From Verrucomicrobiota bacterium (GTDB lineage: Bacteria; Verrucomicrobiota; Verrucomicrobiia; Verrucomicrobiales; Verrucomicrobiaceae): a DNA stretch of 64,000 bases. The stretch is from NCBI GenBank assembly GCA_040387935.1, contig JAZKCU010000027.1:9474-73473 (forward strand). The letters are read 5' to 3'. Below, piece by piece: positions 10,011 to 19,884 of this stretch; the stretch's first letter is position 1; each line of letters begins with the position of its first letter. The position numbers and the translations under genes were made by a program. The notes under the pieces were generated by a model. The model made no database searches, was not told the origin of the DNA, and saw nothing but the letters and a program-made list of their open reading frames with translations.

Positions 10011-10769
10011 ATGAAAAACAACTCTGTTGCCACCACGCTGGCAATCTTCAAACGAGAGTTCCTTTCGTATTTCAACTCCCCGGTGCTCTACGTCATCGTG
10101 GTGATCTTCCTCCTGGCCACGATGGGTTTCACCTTCTTCTTCGGCCGCTTCCTGGACAGTGACAATGCCTCGCTGACTCAGTCTTTCTTCTTCTGGCATC
10201 CGTGGATCTACATCGTGCTGGCGCCTGCCGTGGGCATGCGTCTGTGGTCGGAAGAGCACCGCTTGGGCACGATCGAGCTGCTGATGACGATGCCGCTGTC
10301 TCCGTGGCAGGCCATCGTGGGCAAGTTTGTGGCCGCTGCCCTGGTGTGGGCCATCGGCCTGGCGCTGACCTTCTCCATCGTGGTGACGGTGTCGTGGCTG
10401 GGTGATCCAGATCCAGGTCCGATCATCACGGGCTATGTGGCGAGCTACCTGTATGCACTGGGCTGTCTCGCAGTGACGAGTGCGGCCAGCTCCTACACGC
10501 GCAGCCAGGTGGTGTGCTTCATCGTCTCCGTGGCGCTGTGCATCATGCTGACGCTGATCGGCTATCCTGGCATCGTGGACAGCGTGGTGCGCACGCTGCC
10601 CGGCACACTGGAAAACACCGTGCGTTTTGTGAGTTACCTGAGCTTCATGGATCACTTCTATGAGATGAGCAAAGGCATCTTTGTCATCCGTGACGTGCTC
10701 TACTTTGTATCCGTCATCATCGTGGGCCTGGTCATCACCCACATGGGCCTGCGCTCGAAGCGCGCCTGA
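10011..10769 (+). CDS. ABC-2 family permease (GldF-like)
   Basis: Multi-TM hydrophobic protein placed directly after the ATPase. Start chosen at MKNNSVATTLAIFKREF. Confidence 0.7.
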   Translation: MKNNSVATTLAIFKREFLSYFNSPVLYVIVVIFLLATMGFTFFFGRFLDSDNASLTQSFFFWHPWIYIVLAPAVGMRLWSEEHRLGTIELLMTMPLSPWQAIVGKFVAAALVWAIGLALTFSIVVTVSWLGDPDPGPIITGYVASYLYALGCLAVTSAASSYTRSQVVCFIVSVALCIMLTLIGYPGIVDSVVRTLPGTLENTVRFVSYLSFMDHFYEMSKGIFVIRDVLYFVSVIIVGLVITHMGLRSKRA

Positions 10770-10815
10770 TCCGCAACCAACCGCGAACTGAGAACACTCA
10801 ACTGCGAACCATTTT

Positions 10816-12981
10816 ATGAATCTGAACAGCAAAGAAGGCGCCGCGGGACTCACAGCCCTGCTGACCATCGCCATTGTCATTACCCTGAACTTCCTTGTCG
10901 GCGGCCTGGGCTTCCTGAACGGCCGCTTCGACGTGACCGAGGACAGGCTTTACACCCTGTCTGACGGCACGCGCAACATCCTGGACCGTCTGAATCCTGA
11001 CGAGCCGGTGACCATCCGCTATTATGTTACCACGGAGGACCGTGTGATGCCGCCGGTGCTGAAGACCCATGCGCGCATGGTGCAGGACCTGATCCTGGAA
11101 TTCCAGAAGGCTGGAAAGCAGAAGGTCATCCTGGAAAAGCTGGCTCCGAATCCAAACACGGAAGACGAGGACAAGGCCCGCGAAGATGAAGTGCAGGGCG
11201 TGCCGATCAACAACGAGGGCGACAACGTCTACCTCGGCCTGGCCATCCAGTGCGGCAAGCAGAAGGAAGTGCTGCCATTCCTGAATCCAAACGAGGAAAC
11301 CGCCCTTGAGTACAATATCTCCCGCGCCATCCAGAAGGTGTCCAAAGAGAAGAAGACGGTGGTGGGAGTGATGAGCTCCATGCCGATCCTGGGATCGCCG
11401 ATGTATCCCTTTCAGAAGCAGCAGGGCCAGCAGCCCTGGGTGCTGATCCAGCGCCTGCGCATGGACTATGAAGTGCGTGAGGTCCAGATGGGCGCCTCAA
11501 GCATCGACTCGGACATCAATGTGCTGGTGGTGGTGCACCCTGCGGACATCACGGAGCTGTCTGAATACGCCATTGACCAATACCTGCTGAAGGGCGGCCA
11601 GGTGGTGGCGCTGGTGGACCCGCAGTGCCTCGTGGCGCAGCGCGTGTACAGCCAGCAGCAGAACCCGATGACCGGCCAGCCTGGCGGCGTGATCAATCCG
11701 AGCTCCGACCTGCCAAACCTCTTCAAAGCCTGGGGCGTGGGCTACAACAAGTCTGACATCGTGGCGGATGTGAACTACCGCTCACAGCTCATGGGCCGCC
11801 AGACGGCGGTGGCGCTGCGCCTGCCTAACGAAGCCTTGAACAAAAAGGAGCGCATCACTTCCGACCTCCAGAGCCTGCTCTTCATGATGAGCGGTGCTTT
11901 TGATGTGAATCCCAAGGATGGCGTCACGGCCACGACGCTGGCTGCCTCCTCCGAAGCGAGCGATCTGGTGGACAGCACCGAGGCTGAAAAGATGATGCGC
12001 GAGCCTGTTTCCAACTTCAGCTCCTCCGGCAAGAAGCAGACGCTGGCAGTGATGCTGAAGGGCAAGTTCAAGACAGCCTTCCCTGGCGGGAAGCCCGCTC
12101 CAGCACCTGAGAAGCCCTCCGGCATGCCTCCTGGCGGCCCGACCGGTTTCGGCATGCCTCCTGGAGGCTATCCTGGCATGCCCCCACGTGAAGGTGGTGG
12201 CGCCCAAGATGATGCCAATGCTCCGAAGACCAGCGCCACGCCTGCTCCGGCCCCGGCCGCTGCGGTCCCTGCTCCTGCCCCAGCAGCGCCTGCTGCACCT
12301 GCGCCTGCTCCTGGCGGACTGAGCATTCAGCCGACGGCTCCTGCCCCGGGTGATGCGAAAAAGGATGAAGTGAAGAAAGACGAGGCCAAGCCTGCTGAGC
12401 CTGCGAAGCCCACGGACGGCACGATCCTCGAGTCCCAGAACGCTGAGGGTGTGGTGATGCTCTTTGCCGACGCAGACATGATGTATGATGCCTTTGCCGT
12501 GCAGCAGGACCCGATGACCGGTGGTCTGGTGGCCGTGGATGGCAACCTGCCGATGTTCCTGAACTCGGTGGAAATCCTCAGCGGTGGTGGTGACCTCCTG
12601 CAGGTCCGCAGCCGCGCCTCCACCCGCCGTCCGTTCACGAAGATGGACGAGCTGCGTGAGAACGTGGAGAAGCAGTTCCGCCCCAGCCTGACGGAAAAGC
12701 AGACGGAGATGGACAAGATCGCCGAGAAGATCGGACCGCTCAAAGTCAAGAACGGCCAGATCGTGGTGGATCCCGCGCAGGCGAAGCAGATCCAGGACCT
12801 GACCCTGAAGCGCCAGCAGCTGCAGAAAGAGGTGCGTGAGATCAAGAAGGACCAGAACAAGGACATCGACTTCACCGAGAACATGATCACGCTTCTCAAC
12901 GTGCTGGGTGTGCCGCTGCTGGTGGTGGTCATCGGCCTGACACTGGCCATGCGCCGCCGCAGCACCACGGCAGCCGCCTAA
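10816..12981 (+). CDS. GldG-like ABC-transporter auxiliary protein with an inserted Pro/Ala-rich low-complexity linker
   Basis: N-terminal TM helix, a large periplasmic-type domain and a C-terminal TM helix, in the canonical position after the ABC-2 ATPase/permease. The PA-rich segment is PAPAPAAAVPAPAPAAPAAPAPAP. Confidence 0.55.
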   Translation: MNLNSKEGAAGLTALLTIAIVITLNFLVGGLGFLNGRFDVTEDRLYTLSDGTRNILDRLNPDEPVTIRYYVTTEDRVMPPVLKTHARMVQDLILEFQKAGKQKVILEKLAPNPNTEDEDKAREDEVQGVPINNEGDNVYLGLAIQCGKQKEVLPFLNPNEETALEYNISRAIQKVSKEKKTVVGVMSSMPILGSPMYPFQKQQGQQPWVLIQRLRMDYEVREVQMGASSIDSDINVLVVVHPADITELSEYAIDQYLLKGGQVVALVDPQCLVAQRVYSQQQNPMTGQPGGVINPSSDLPNLFKAWGVGYNKSDIVADVNYRSQLMGRQTAVALRLPNEALNKKERITSDLQSLLFMMSGAFDVNPKDGVTATTLAASSEASDLVDSTEAEKMMREPVSNFSSSGKKQTLAVMLKGKFKTAFPGGKPAPAPEKPSGMPPGGPTGFGMPPGGYPGMPPREGGGAQDDANAPKTSATPAPAPAAAVPAPAPAAPAAPAPAPGGLSIQPTAPAPGDAKKDEVKKDEAKPAEPAKPTDGTILESQNAEGVVMLFADADMMYDAFAVQQDPMTGGLVAVDGNLPMFLNSVEILSGGGDLLQVRSRASTRRPFTKMDELRENVEKQFRPSLTEKQTEMDKIAEKIGPLKVKNGQIVVDPAQAKQIQDLTLKRQQLQKEVREIKKDQNKDIDFTENMITLLNVLGVPLLVVVIGLTLAMRRRSTTAAA

Positions 12982-13033
12982 TCAAAAGCTCAGTCATTGT
13001 CAAAACTCCCCTTTTCCTAACTGACCCAAGACC

Positions 13034-14407
13034 ATGAAGAAGATCCTCATCCTCCTGGCCCTGCTCGCCGGCCTCATTGTGTTTGCCGTGAGCTACCAGA
13101 ACCAGCAGAACGCCCAGCTGAACACGGCCGCGACACGCGGCAAAAAGATCCGTGAGAAGCTCGTGCCTGAACTGAACGCGGCGGCCATCCGCACATTCTC
13201 GATCAAGGACGCCAAAAGCAGCGTGACCATCAACATCGCGAGCGACCTGAAGACCGCCACGGTGACGGAGCGCGGCGGCTATCCGGCCTCCATCGAGAAG
13301 CTGGGCAACGTCATGACCGAGCTGAGCGAACAGCCGATCTCCAGCAAAGTGCAGATCGGCAAGGGCGCCTGGGTGAAGCACAATCTCAAGGCTCCGGGCG
13401 ATGGCACGGAGGGCATTGGCACGCAGGTGGAACTGAAGGATGGCGCAGACAAGGCGCTGGCCACGCTCATCCTCGGCAGCAATACCGAGATCACCGGCAC
13501 GGCCCAGAGCCAAAACCCCATGGGCGGTGCCAACCAGCGTCTGGTCCGCACACCGGAGGACGAGGAGACCATCTGGCAGATCAACAACACCTTCTTCGAC
13601 CTCGAGGCGAAGCCGGAGAACTGGCTCGACAAGGCATTCATCGATGTGCAGAAGGTCAAAGAGGTCACCGTGACCGCTCCCAAGTCCGACGATTCCTGGA
13701 CCATCAAGCGTGACAAGGACACAGACCTTGATTTCACCCTGGTGACCACGCAGACAGCGGAGAAGCTGGACGGCACCAAGGTGAGCGCCAGCAGCCTGCT
13801 CTCCTCACCGAGCTTTAACGACGTGAGCGGCAAGGACAAGGCGGGCGAGCTGCTGAAGGACGCCATGAAGGCGAAGATCACCACCTTTGACGGATTTATC
13901 TATGACGTGCAGGCGGCCAAGCAGAGCAAGGATGGCAGCGACAAGTATTACATGAGCGTCAACGTGACTGCGGACATCGCCAAGGATCGCGCTCCGGTGA
14001 AGGACGAGAAGGAAGAGGACAAGAAGAAGGCGGATGAAGCCTTTGCCGCCGACAAGAAGGCCAAGGAAGACAAGCTGGCCAAGGAGCAAAAATTCGCCGG
14101 CTGGGTCTTTGAGGTCAGCGAATACACCATCAACAACCTGCTGAAGAAGCGCAGTGAGATCGTGAAGGTGGATCCGCCGGCAGGCACGCCACCCCCGGCT
14201 GGCACACCTGCACCGGCTACCGGCGCAGCTCCGGCTCCCTCCACGCCTGTCAGTGTGACCACACCGCCGATCAGCGTGACCACGCCTCCCGTGGCCGTGC
14301 CACCCGCTCCGGCTGCTGAGACCGCTCCAGCGCCTGTTCCAAGTCCGGCTCCGGCACCAGCCGCGGCCGAGCCTGCGAAGCCTGAGGGCGATGCGGCGAA
14401 GAAGTGA
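13034..14407 (+). CDS. DUF4340-like protein (typical partner of GldG-like proteins) with a Pro/Ala/Thr-rich C-terminal tail
   Basis: N-terminal signal/TM MKKILILLALLAGLIVFAVS. Gene order is gldA-F-G-DUF4340. Confidence 0.45.
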   Translation: MKKILILLALLAGLIVFAVSYQNQQNAQLNTAATRGKKIREKLVPELNAAAIRTFSIKDAKSSVTINIASDLKTATVTERGGYPASIEKLGNVMTELSEQPISSKVQIGKGAWVKHNLKAPGDGTEGIGTQVELKDGADKALATLILGSNTEITGTAQSQNPMGGANQRLVRTPEDEETIWQINNTFFDLEAKPENWLDKAFIDVQKVKEVTVTAPKSDDSWTIKRDKDTDLDFTLVTTQTAEKLDGTKVSASSLLSSPSFNDVSGKDKAGELLKDAMKAKITTFDGFIYDVQAAKQSKDGSDKYYMSVNVTADIAKDRAPVKDEKEEDKKKADEAFAADKKAKEDKLAKEQKFAGWVFEVSEYTINNLLKKRSEIVKVDPPAGTPPPAGTPAPATGAAPAPSTPVSVTTPPISVTTPPVAVPPAPAAETAPAPVPSPAPAPAAAEPAKPEGDAAKK

Positions 14408-14439
14408 AGTGAGAGCTTCTGCTTCCATGTGAACTTGAA

Positions 14440-14467
14440 GGCACCGGTGATCCCGGTGCCTTTTTTT
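14440..14467 (+). terminator. rho-independent terminator (ggcaccgg-tgatc-ccggtgcc + TTTTTTT)
   Basis: Perfect 8-bp stem plus a 7-T run, 33 bp after the DUF4340 gene stop. Confidence 0.8.
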
Positions 14468-14563
14468 GTCCGGGTTTCACCTCATGCCAGGGGCCTGTTT
14501 TCACGTGACGCTCTTGTTGGAATTCGTGGCGCTTGCGCCACATTCCGGCAAACCACCACCGCC

Positions 14564-17500
14564 ATGAGAAACCTTCTCCTTTGTCTCCTTCTCGCGAATG
14601 CTGCCTCGGCAGCTGAAGTCACGCTGCACCGCTGGTCAGGCGCGCTGAATGTGCCGGATCCGGTGGCCTGCACAGTGGATGAAAAGGGCCGTGTGTATGT
14701 GGCCGCCACCACGCGGCGCAAGGCCGGGGATCTGGACATCCGCGAGCATCCCATGTGGATCCCGGATGATGTGGGCCTGAGCAGCGTGGAAGAGAAGCGT
14801 GAGTTCCTGAAGCGTGAGCTGGCGCCGGGCAAGCTGCGCCTGCCGCGCGGCGGGCTGAAGGATCACAACAAGGACGGCTCCATCGACTGGAAGGACCTCA
14901 CGGTGCACAGCGAGAAGATCTTCCAGCTTCGTGACACGGATGGTGATGGCACGGCAGACAAGATGACCACCTTTGCGGAAGGCTTTAACACTGAGGTCAC
15001 GGGCATCGCCGCAGGCATCCTGTATCATGATGGCTGGGTGTACTGCACCATCGCGCCGGATCTCTGGAGACTGAAGGACACGGATGATGATGGCGTGGCG
15101 GATGTGCGTGAGGTGGTGGCGCATGGCTTTGGCATGCACATCGCATATGCAGGTCATGACATGCATGGTCCGCGTCTCGGCTTGGACGGCCGCATCTACT
15201 GGAGCATCGGTGACAAGGGCGTGAATGTGATGAGCAAGGAAGGCAAGCAGTGGCTGTATCCGCATGAGGGCGCGGTGATGCGCGTGGAGCCTGATGGTAG
15301 CGGCTTTGAGGTCTTCGCCCATGGTCTGCGTAATGTGCAGGAGGTGGCCTTTGATGACTTCGGCAACATGTTTGGCGTGGACAATGACGCGGACATGCCC
15401 GGTGAGAAGGAGCGCTTCGTCTATATCACTGAGCTAAGTGACTCCGGCTGGCGCTGCTCGCACCAATATATGAAGGCAGAGAGCCGCTGGATGCGCGAGA
15501 GCATCTGGCAGACACCGGGGACTGTGGTGGAGGCGGGTGAACTGGCGAAGCCTGCAGCGAGCTACCCACTTTTCGTCACACCGCCTCTGGCGAACTACTC
15601 GAACGGCCCTGCGGGCTTTGTTTATGAGCCGGGCACAGCGCTGGGGCCTCATCTGCGCGGGCACTTCATCCTCGACCAGTTCCCCTCAGGGAAGATGGAA
15701 GCCTTTAAGATCACGCCGAAGGGCAGCGCTTTTGAGATGAGCCGCGCGCGCCTGATCAATTCCGGCATCATGGGCATCGGCCTCAGCTTCGGGCCGGATG
15801 GTGGCCTCTACATGGCAGACTGGGTGGGTGGCTACCCGCTGGATGAGAAAGGTGCTATCTGGCGTGTGGATGAAGATGCGAAGGCGGCGGCTGATCCTGC
15901 GCGCCTGGAGACGCAGAAGCTGCTGTCCGCTGGCTTCAAGAAGATCGAGTCTGCCGACCTGCAGATCATGCTGGCCAATCTGGACCAGCGAGTGCGGCTC
16001 GGCGCGCAACTCGAGCTGGTCTCACGCAAGGCCTGGGATGTGCTGGCTGAAGTGCTGGAAGATGGCAAGGCGCCGCTGCTGGCCAAGCTGCATGCCATCT
16101 GGGGCATCGGCATCGGCATGCGTCATGGAGACACAGGAGATGCGGCCCTGCTGCCGCACCTCAGCTCTGCCGAACCAGAAGTGCAGACACAGATCATCAA
16201 GGTGCTGGGTGATGCCCCGGGCAAAGCTGATGAAGAAAGTCGCATCGCCCTGCGAGGCCTCATTACCTCGAAAAACACGCGCGTGCGCTTTTATGCCGCC
16301 ATCGCTGCTGGGAAGCTGCAGCTCAGCATCGCCGAAGATGCGCTCTGGACCATGGCCGCCCAAGAAGCCGGAGATGCCTGGATGCGTCACGCCGTGGTCA
16401 CGGGGCTGACGGGCTCAGCCACCGCTGAGAGCCTGGCGAAGCGTATCACGGACTCCTCACGCAATGTGCGCATCGCGGCCGTGCTCGCCCTCTCCCGACA
16501 GCACTCGGCGCTCATTGTGCCCGCCCTGGCTGATCGCGACAGCGCCATGGTGGACGAGGCGGCACGCGCCATTCATGATGACACAGGCATCCCTGAAGCC
16601 ATGCCACAGCTTGCTGATCTGCTCGATGAGGAAGCTGTTCACACGGATGTCACCACACGCCGCGCCATCAATGCGAACCTGCGGCTGGGCAAGGTCGAGA
16701 ACGCGCAGCGCCTGCTGAAGTTTGCTCTGGCGAAGGATCAGGCCCCCGCCTTCGCAGCAGAAGCCTTTGCCTCCTTGCTCGTGTTCAACGAACCTCCGGT
16801 CCTGGACCGCGTGGATGGACACAATCGTCGTTATCCCGCACGTGATGCCGCTGCCATCGCCGCAGTGGTGCAGCCACGGGTTGCTGATCTGCTGGCCCTC
16901 TCAGATGCGGATCTGAAGGCCGCTGGCATCGAGCTCATGGTGAAGCTGGCCCTGAAGGTGGATGCTCCTGCGTTGCGCAGCATCATCGCCGATGACAAGG
17001 CGAAGCCTTCACAGCGAGTCGGCGCTCTGCGCCTCATGGCGGCGCAGCATTCCGGTGATGCGGCCTTTGCCGAGACTCTCACTCTTGCGGCGGCGAAGAC
17101 ATCCCCCGTGGAACTGCGCACGGAGTCGCTCGCACAGACTTTCACCCATCAAAAAGAGCGCGCTGTCCCAGAGGCCTCACGTGTGCTTGAGCAAGGCAGC
17201 ATCCCCGAAAAACAGGCCGCGCTGAAACTGCTCTCTGCGGACACCAGCGAGCCTTCGGTGACGCTCATGGACACGTGGTTGCAGCGCTTGGCCGCAGGCA
17301 AGGTGGACTCCAGCCTCAAGCTGGATGTGATCGAGGCCGCACAAGCATTCCCGAAGCTTGCCGAGCGTCTCGCTTCCTACCAGCAGAGCCGCACCACGGC
17401 CCCGCGTGATGATCTGATCGACGGTGGTGATGCCGCGAATGGCAAGGAAGTGGTCACCAATCATCTCGGTGCCAACTGCCTGGCCTGCCACACCGTGGAA

Positions 17501-17884
17501 GCCAAGGAAGGCAGCCAGGTGGGCCCCATCTTGAAGACCATCGGCGGTCAGCGCACGCGCGTGGAGCTTTTGGAATCCTTGGTGAATCCCGTGGCCAAGA
17601 TCGTGCCGGGTTATGGCCTCGTGTCGATCACACTCAAGGATGGGAGCAATATCGCTGGAGCGCTGGCGAAGGAGGACAAGACCACGGTCACCATCCGTCT
17701 CGCTGATGGCACGGAGAAGAAGGTGCAGCGCGCCCAGGTCACCATGCAGACACCTCCAGTGTCCATGATGCCACCGATGCTCGGCATCCTCACGCCGCGT
17801 GAGATCCGTGATGTGGTGGCCTACCTGAGTAATCTGAAGCCCAGCAAGAGCAAGACTTCAGCAAAGGCCAAGGACGAGCACTGA
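14564..17884 (+). CDS. PVC-type heme-binding CxxCH protein (putative membrane-bound dehydrogenase domain + HEAT repeats + C-terminal cytochrome c motif)
   Basis: Signal peptide MRNLLLCLLLANAASA. Beta-propeller-like N-terminal region, then an Ala/Leu-rich HEAT-like middle. C-terminal NCLACHTVEAKEG is a single CxxCH. Confidence 0.65.
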   Translation: MRNLLLCLLLANAASAAEVTLHRWSGALNVPDPVACTVDEKGRVYVAATTRRKAGDLDIREHPMWIPDDVGLSSVEEKREFLKRELAPGKLRLPRGGLKDHNKDGSIDWKDLTVHSEKIFQLRDTDGDGTADKMTTFAEGFNTEVTGIAAGILYHDGWVYCTIAPDLWRLKDTDDDGVADVREVVAHGFGMHIAYAGHDMHGPRLGLDGRIYWSIGDKGVNVMSKEGKQWLYPHEGAVMRVEPDGSGFEVFAHGLRNVQEVAFDDFGNMFGVDNDADMPGEKERFVYITELSDSGWRCSHQYMKAESRWMRESIWQTPGTVVEAGELAKPAASYPLFVTPPLANYSNGPAGFVYEPGTALGPHLRGHFILDQFPSGKMEAFKITPKGSAFEMSRARLINSGIMGIGLSFGPDGGLYMADWVGGYPLDEKGAIWRVDEDAKAAADPARLETQKLLSAGFKKIESADLQIMLANLDQRVRLGAQLELVSRKAWDVLAEVLEDGKAPLLAKLHAIWGIGIGMRHGDTGDAALLPHLSSAEPEVQTQIIKVLGDAPGKADEESRIALRGLITSKNTRVRFYAAIAAGKLQLSIAEDALWTMAAQEAGDAWMRHAVVTGLTGSATAESLAKRITDSSRNVRIAAVLALSRQHSALIVPALADRDSAMVDEAARAIHDDTGIPEAMPQLADLLDEEAVHTDVTTRRAINANLRLGKVENAQRLLKFALAKDQAPAFAAEAFASLLVFNEPPVLDRVDGHNRRYPARDAAAIAAVVQPRVADLLALSDADLKAAGIELMVKLALKVDAPALRSIIADDKAKPSQRVGALRLMAAQHSGDAAFAETLTLAAAKTSPVELRTESLAQTFTHQKERAVPEASRVLEQGSIPEKQAALKLLSADTSEPSVTLMDTWLQRLAAGKVDSSLKLDVIEAAQAFPKLAERLASYQQSRTTAPRDDLIDGGDAANGKEVVTNHLGANCLACHTVEAKEGSQVGPILKTIGGQRTRVELLESLVNPVAKIVPGYGLVSITLKDGSNIAGALAKEDKTTVTIRLADGTEKKVQRAQVTMQTPPVSMMPPMLGILTPREIRDVVAYLSNLKPSKSKTSAKAKDEH

Positions 17885-17935
17885 TGAAGAGGAGATGGCA
17901 TGCAGGCCCACACCGCGTGGGCTTTGCAAGGCTCC

Positions 17936-19771
17936 TTACTTCACCTGATTGAGCGCTTCGGACACATTGTCCACGCTCAGCAGCTCCGGCAGCACGACGG
18001 GTTCTGTTTGACCGGGAATGTAGAGCACATTCACCGGCACGGCCGCCTTGCCGAGATCTGCGAGAGCCTTGGTGATTCGCTCGTCCTCGTTGGTCCAGTC
18101 GGCCTTGAGGAGGGTGATCTTCTTGTCGGCGATGAGTTTTTTCAGTGTCTCGTCTTTATACACGCGCTTGTTCACCTGGCAGGTCACACACCACTTCGCG
18201 GTGTAGTCGATGTACACAGGCGTCTTCGCTGCCAGCAGTTCACTCACCTTCTCAGGCGACCATGCCTCCCAGTTGAGTCCGCCTTCAACATGGTTGCCCT
18301 GGCTGACCTCTCTCTTCTCCACGTGAGGCCAGCCATAGGCCAGACCGCCGCCGATGCACGCCAGCGCCAGCACAAGAGCGATCACACGGGTGCTGCCCGA
18401 CTTGTGGGGCAGGTTCCATCGGCCGTAAATCCAGCACCCCATGGAGACGAGCACCAACCCAAACATCAGGAAGAGCATGGGCTGGCCCTCGACCATGCCC
18501 GTGAGGATCCAGAGGAGAAACATGACGGTGCCAAACAGCAGGAAGGAAAGCCCCTGTTTGAAGCTTTCCATCCAGGCACCTGGGCGTGGCAGCACGGAGA
18601 CCAGCTTGGGGAAGATGGCAAGAAGGAGGAAGGGGCTCGCAAGACCGAGACCGATCATGGAAAACATGATCATCGCCTGGGGTGCCGGGAGCGCCACGGC
18701 GTAACCGAGAGCAGGACCAAGAAACGGCGCCGAGCACGGCGTGGCCACCACCACCGCCAGCAGACCGGAAAAGAAGGAACCACCGAGACCGCTCTTCGCC
18801 TGAAGCCCCTGTCCCACACCGACTGCGGAGGTGCCGATCTCAAACACCCCTGCCATGCTGAGGGCAAAGATCAGGAAGAAGGCAGCAAGGCCAAAAACGA
18901 AACCTGGATTCTGAAGCTGAAAGCCCCAGCCCTTTCCAAGGGACACGACGAGCCCGCCGAGCGCCCAGAAGCACACCAACACACCTAAAGTATAAGTTAG
19001 GCCGTGCTTCAGCACCTGCGTCTTGTCCTCGCCGGCCTGCTGCACCACGCTCAGCACTTTGATGCCCAGCACGGGAAACACACAGGGCATCACATTCAGG
19101 ATCAGGCCGCCGATGAAGGCAAAGAGCAGGAAGCCACCAAAGGATCTCTGGGGTGCCTTGGCTGAAGATGCGGCAGAAGAAGTTGCAGCCGATGTTGCTG
19201 AAGGGGCTGGCGGCGTGCTGGCGCTATCCGTGGCAAAGACTGCCGCATTGGCAGTATCCGCCTCTGCCGTGTCGGCCAGGGTCAGCGTGAGCTTCGCCAC
19301 GGGTTTCGCGGGCATGCAGTTTTGCGGATTGCAGACGAGGGCATCCACTTTCACGGAGATCTCGGCGGAGTCTCCGGCCTTGCCGGCAGGGGTGATCTTC
19401 ACCGGCAGATACACGGTGCCGTCATAGCCTTGGGATTTTTTGCCATCGGTGGAATCGACTTCGTGGGTCGGCGGCCAGGGGAGCTCCTCCGCGCTCCAGC
19501 CTTCCGGCAGGGTCCAGATGAGCTTGGTCGGCTTGCCGATGACATCCGGCGGCAGCACCTTGCCATAGGTGTGCCAGTGCTCCTCGTGCACCAGCTTCAC
19601 CGCCATGCGGAAGGCCTGGCCTGGGGCTGCGGTCTTCATTTCAGACACGAGACTGGCGGTGACCTTGGCACCGGCGCCACCGCCGGCAGCGGGGGCCACG
19701 AGGTCCAGCTGCGCCATGGCAGGCATGATCAAGGTCAGAAACAGGAGCAGATGGGTCAGGGCGCGGTACAT
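17936..19771 (-). CDS. dsbD: thiol:disulfide interchange protein DsbD (cytochrome c biogenesis reductant transporter)
   Basis: Signal peptide plus an N-terminal DsbD-alpha-like domain. Central multi-TM core carries Cys in TM segments (NVMPCVF ... PCSAPFLG). C-terminal thioredoxin motif is WCVTCQ. Confidence 0.8.
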   Translation of the reverse strand: MYRALTHLLLFLTLIMPAMAQLDLVAPAAGGGAGAKVTASLVSEMKTAAPGQAFRMAVKLVHEEHWHTYGKVLPPDVIGKPTKLIWTLPEGWSAEELPWPPTHEVDSTDGKKSQGYDGTVYLPVKITPAGKAGDSAEISVKVDALVCNPQNCMPAKPVAKLTLTLADTAEADTANAAVFATDSASTPPAPSATSAATSSAASSAKAPQRSFGGFLLFAFIGGLILNVMPCVFPVLGIKVLSVVQQAGEDKTQVLKHGLTYTLGVLVCFWALGGLVVSLGKGWGFQLQNPGFVFGLAAFFLIFALSMAGVFEIGTSAVGVGQGLQAKSGLGGSFFSGLLAVVVATPCSAPFLGPALGYAVALPAPQAMIMFSMIGLGLASPFLLLAIFPKLVSVLPRPGAWMESFKQGLSFLLFGTVMFLLWILTGMVEGQPMLFLMFGLVLVSMGCWIYGRWNLPHKSGSTRVIALVLALACIGGGLAYGWPHVEKREVSQGNHVEGGLNWEAWSPEKVSELLAAKTPVYIDYTAKWCVTCQVNKRVYKDETLKKLIADKKITLLKADWTNEDERITKALADLGKAAVPVNVLYIPGQTEPVVLPELLSVDNVSEALNQVK

Positions 19772-19884
19772 GAGTGAGGCTATGAGATACGCTCCGCCTT
19801 TTTATTCCAAGCGGCAAATTCGCCGCCCAGTCTGGAATCCTCCATGCCGCCGGAGATGAGATTTCATGCCTCATCACGTATCCG

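Noticed and set aside
17900-18988. 362-aa + strand ORF overlapping dsbD
   Set aside because: Antisense to a gene with unmistakable DsbD motifs. The translated product is a His/Arg/Gly-rich low-complexity string.
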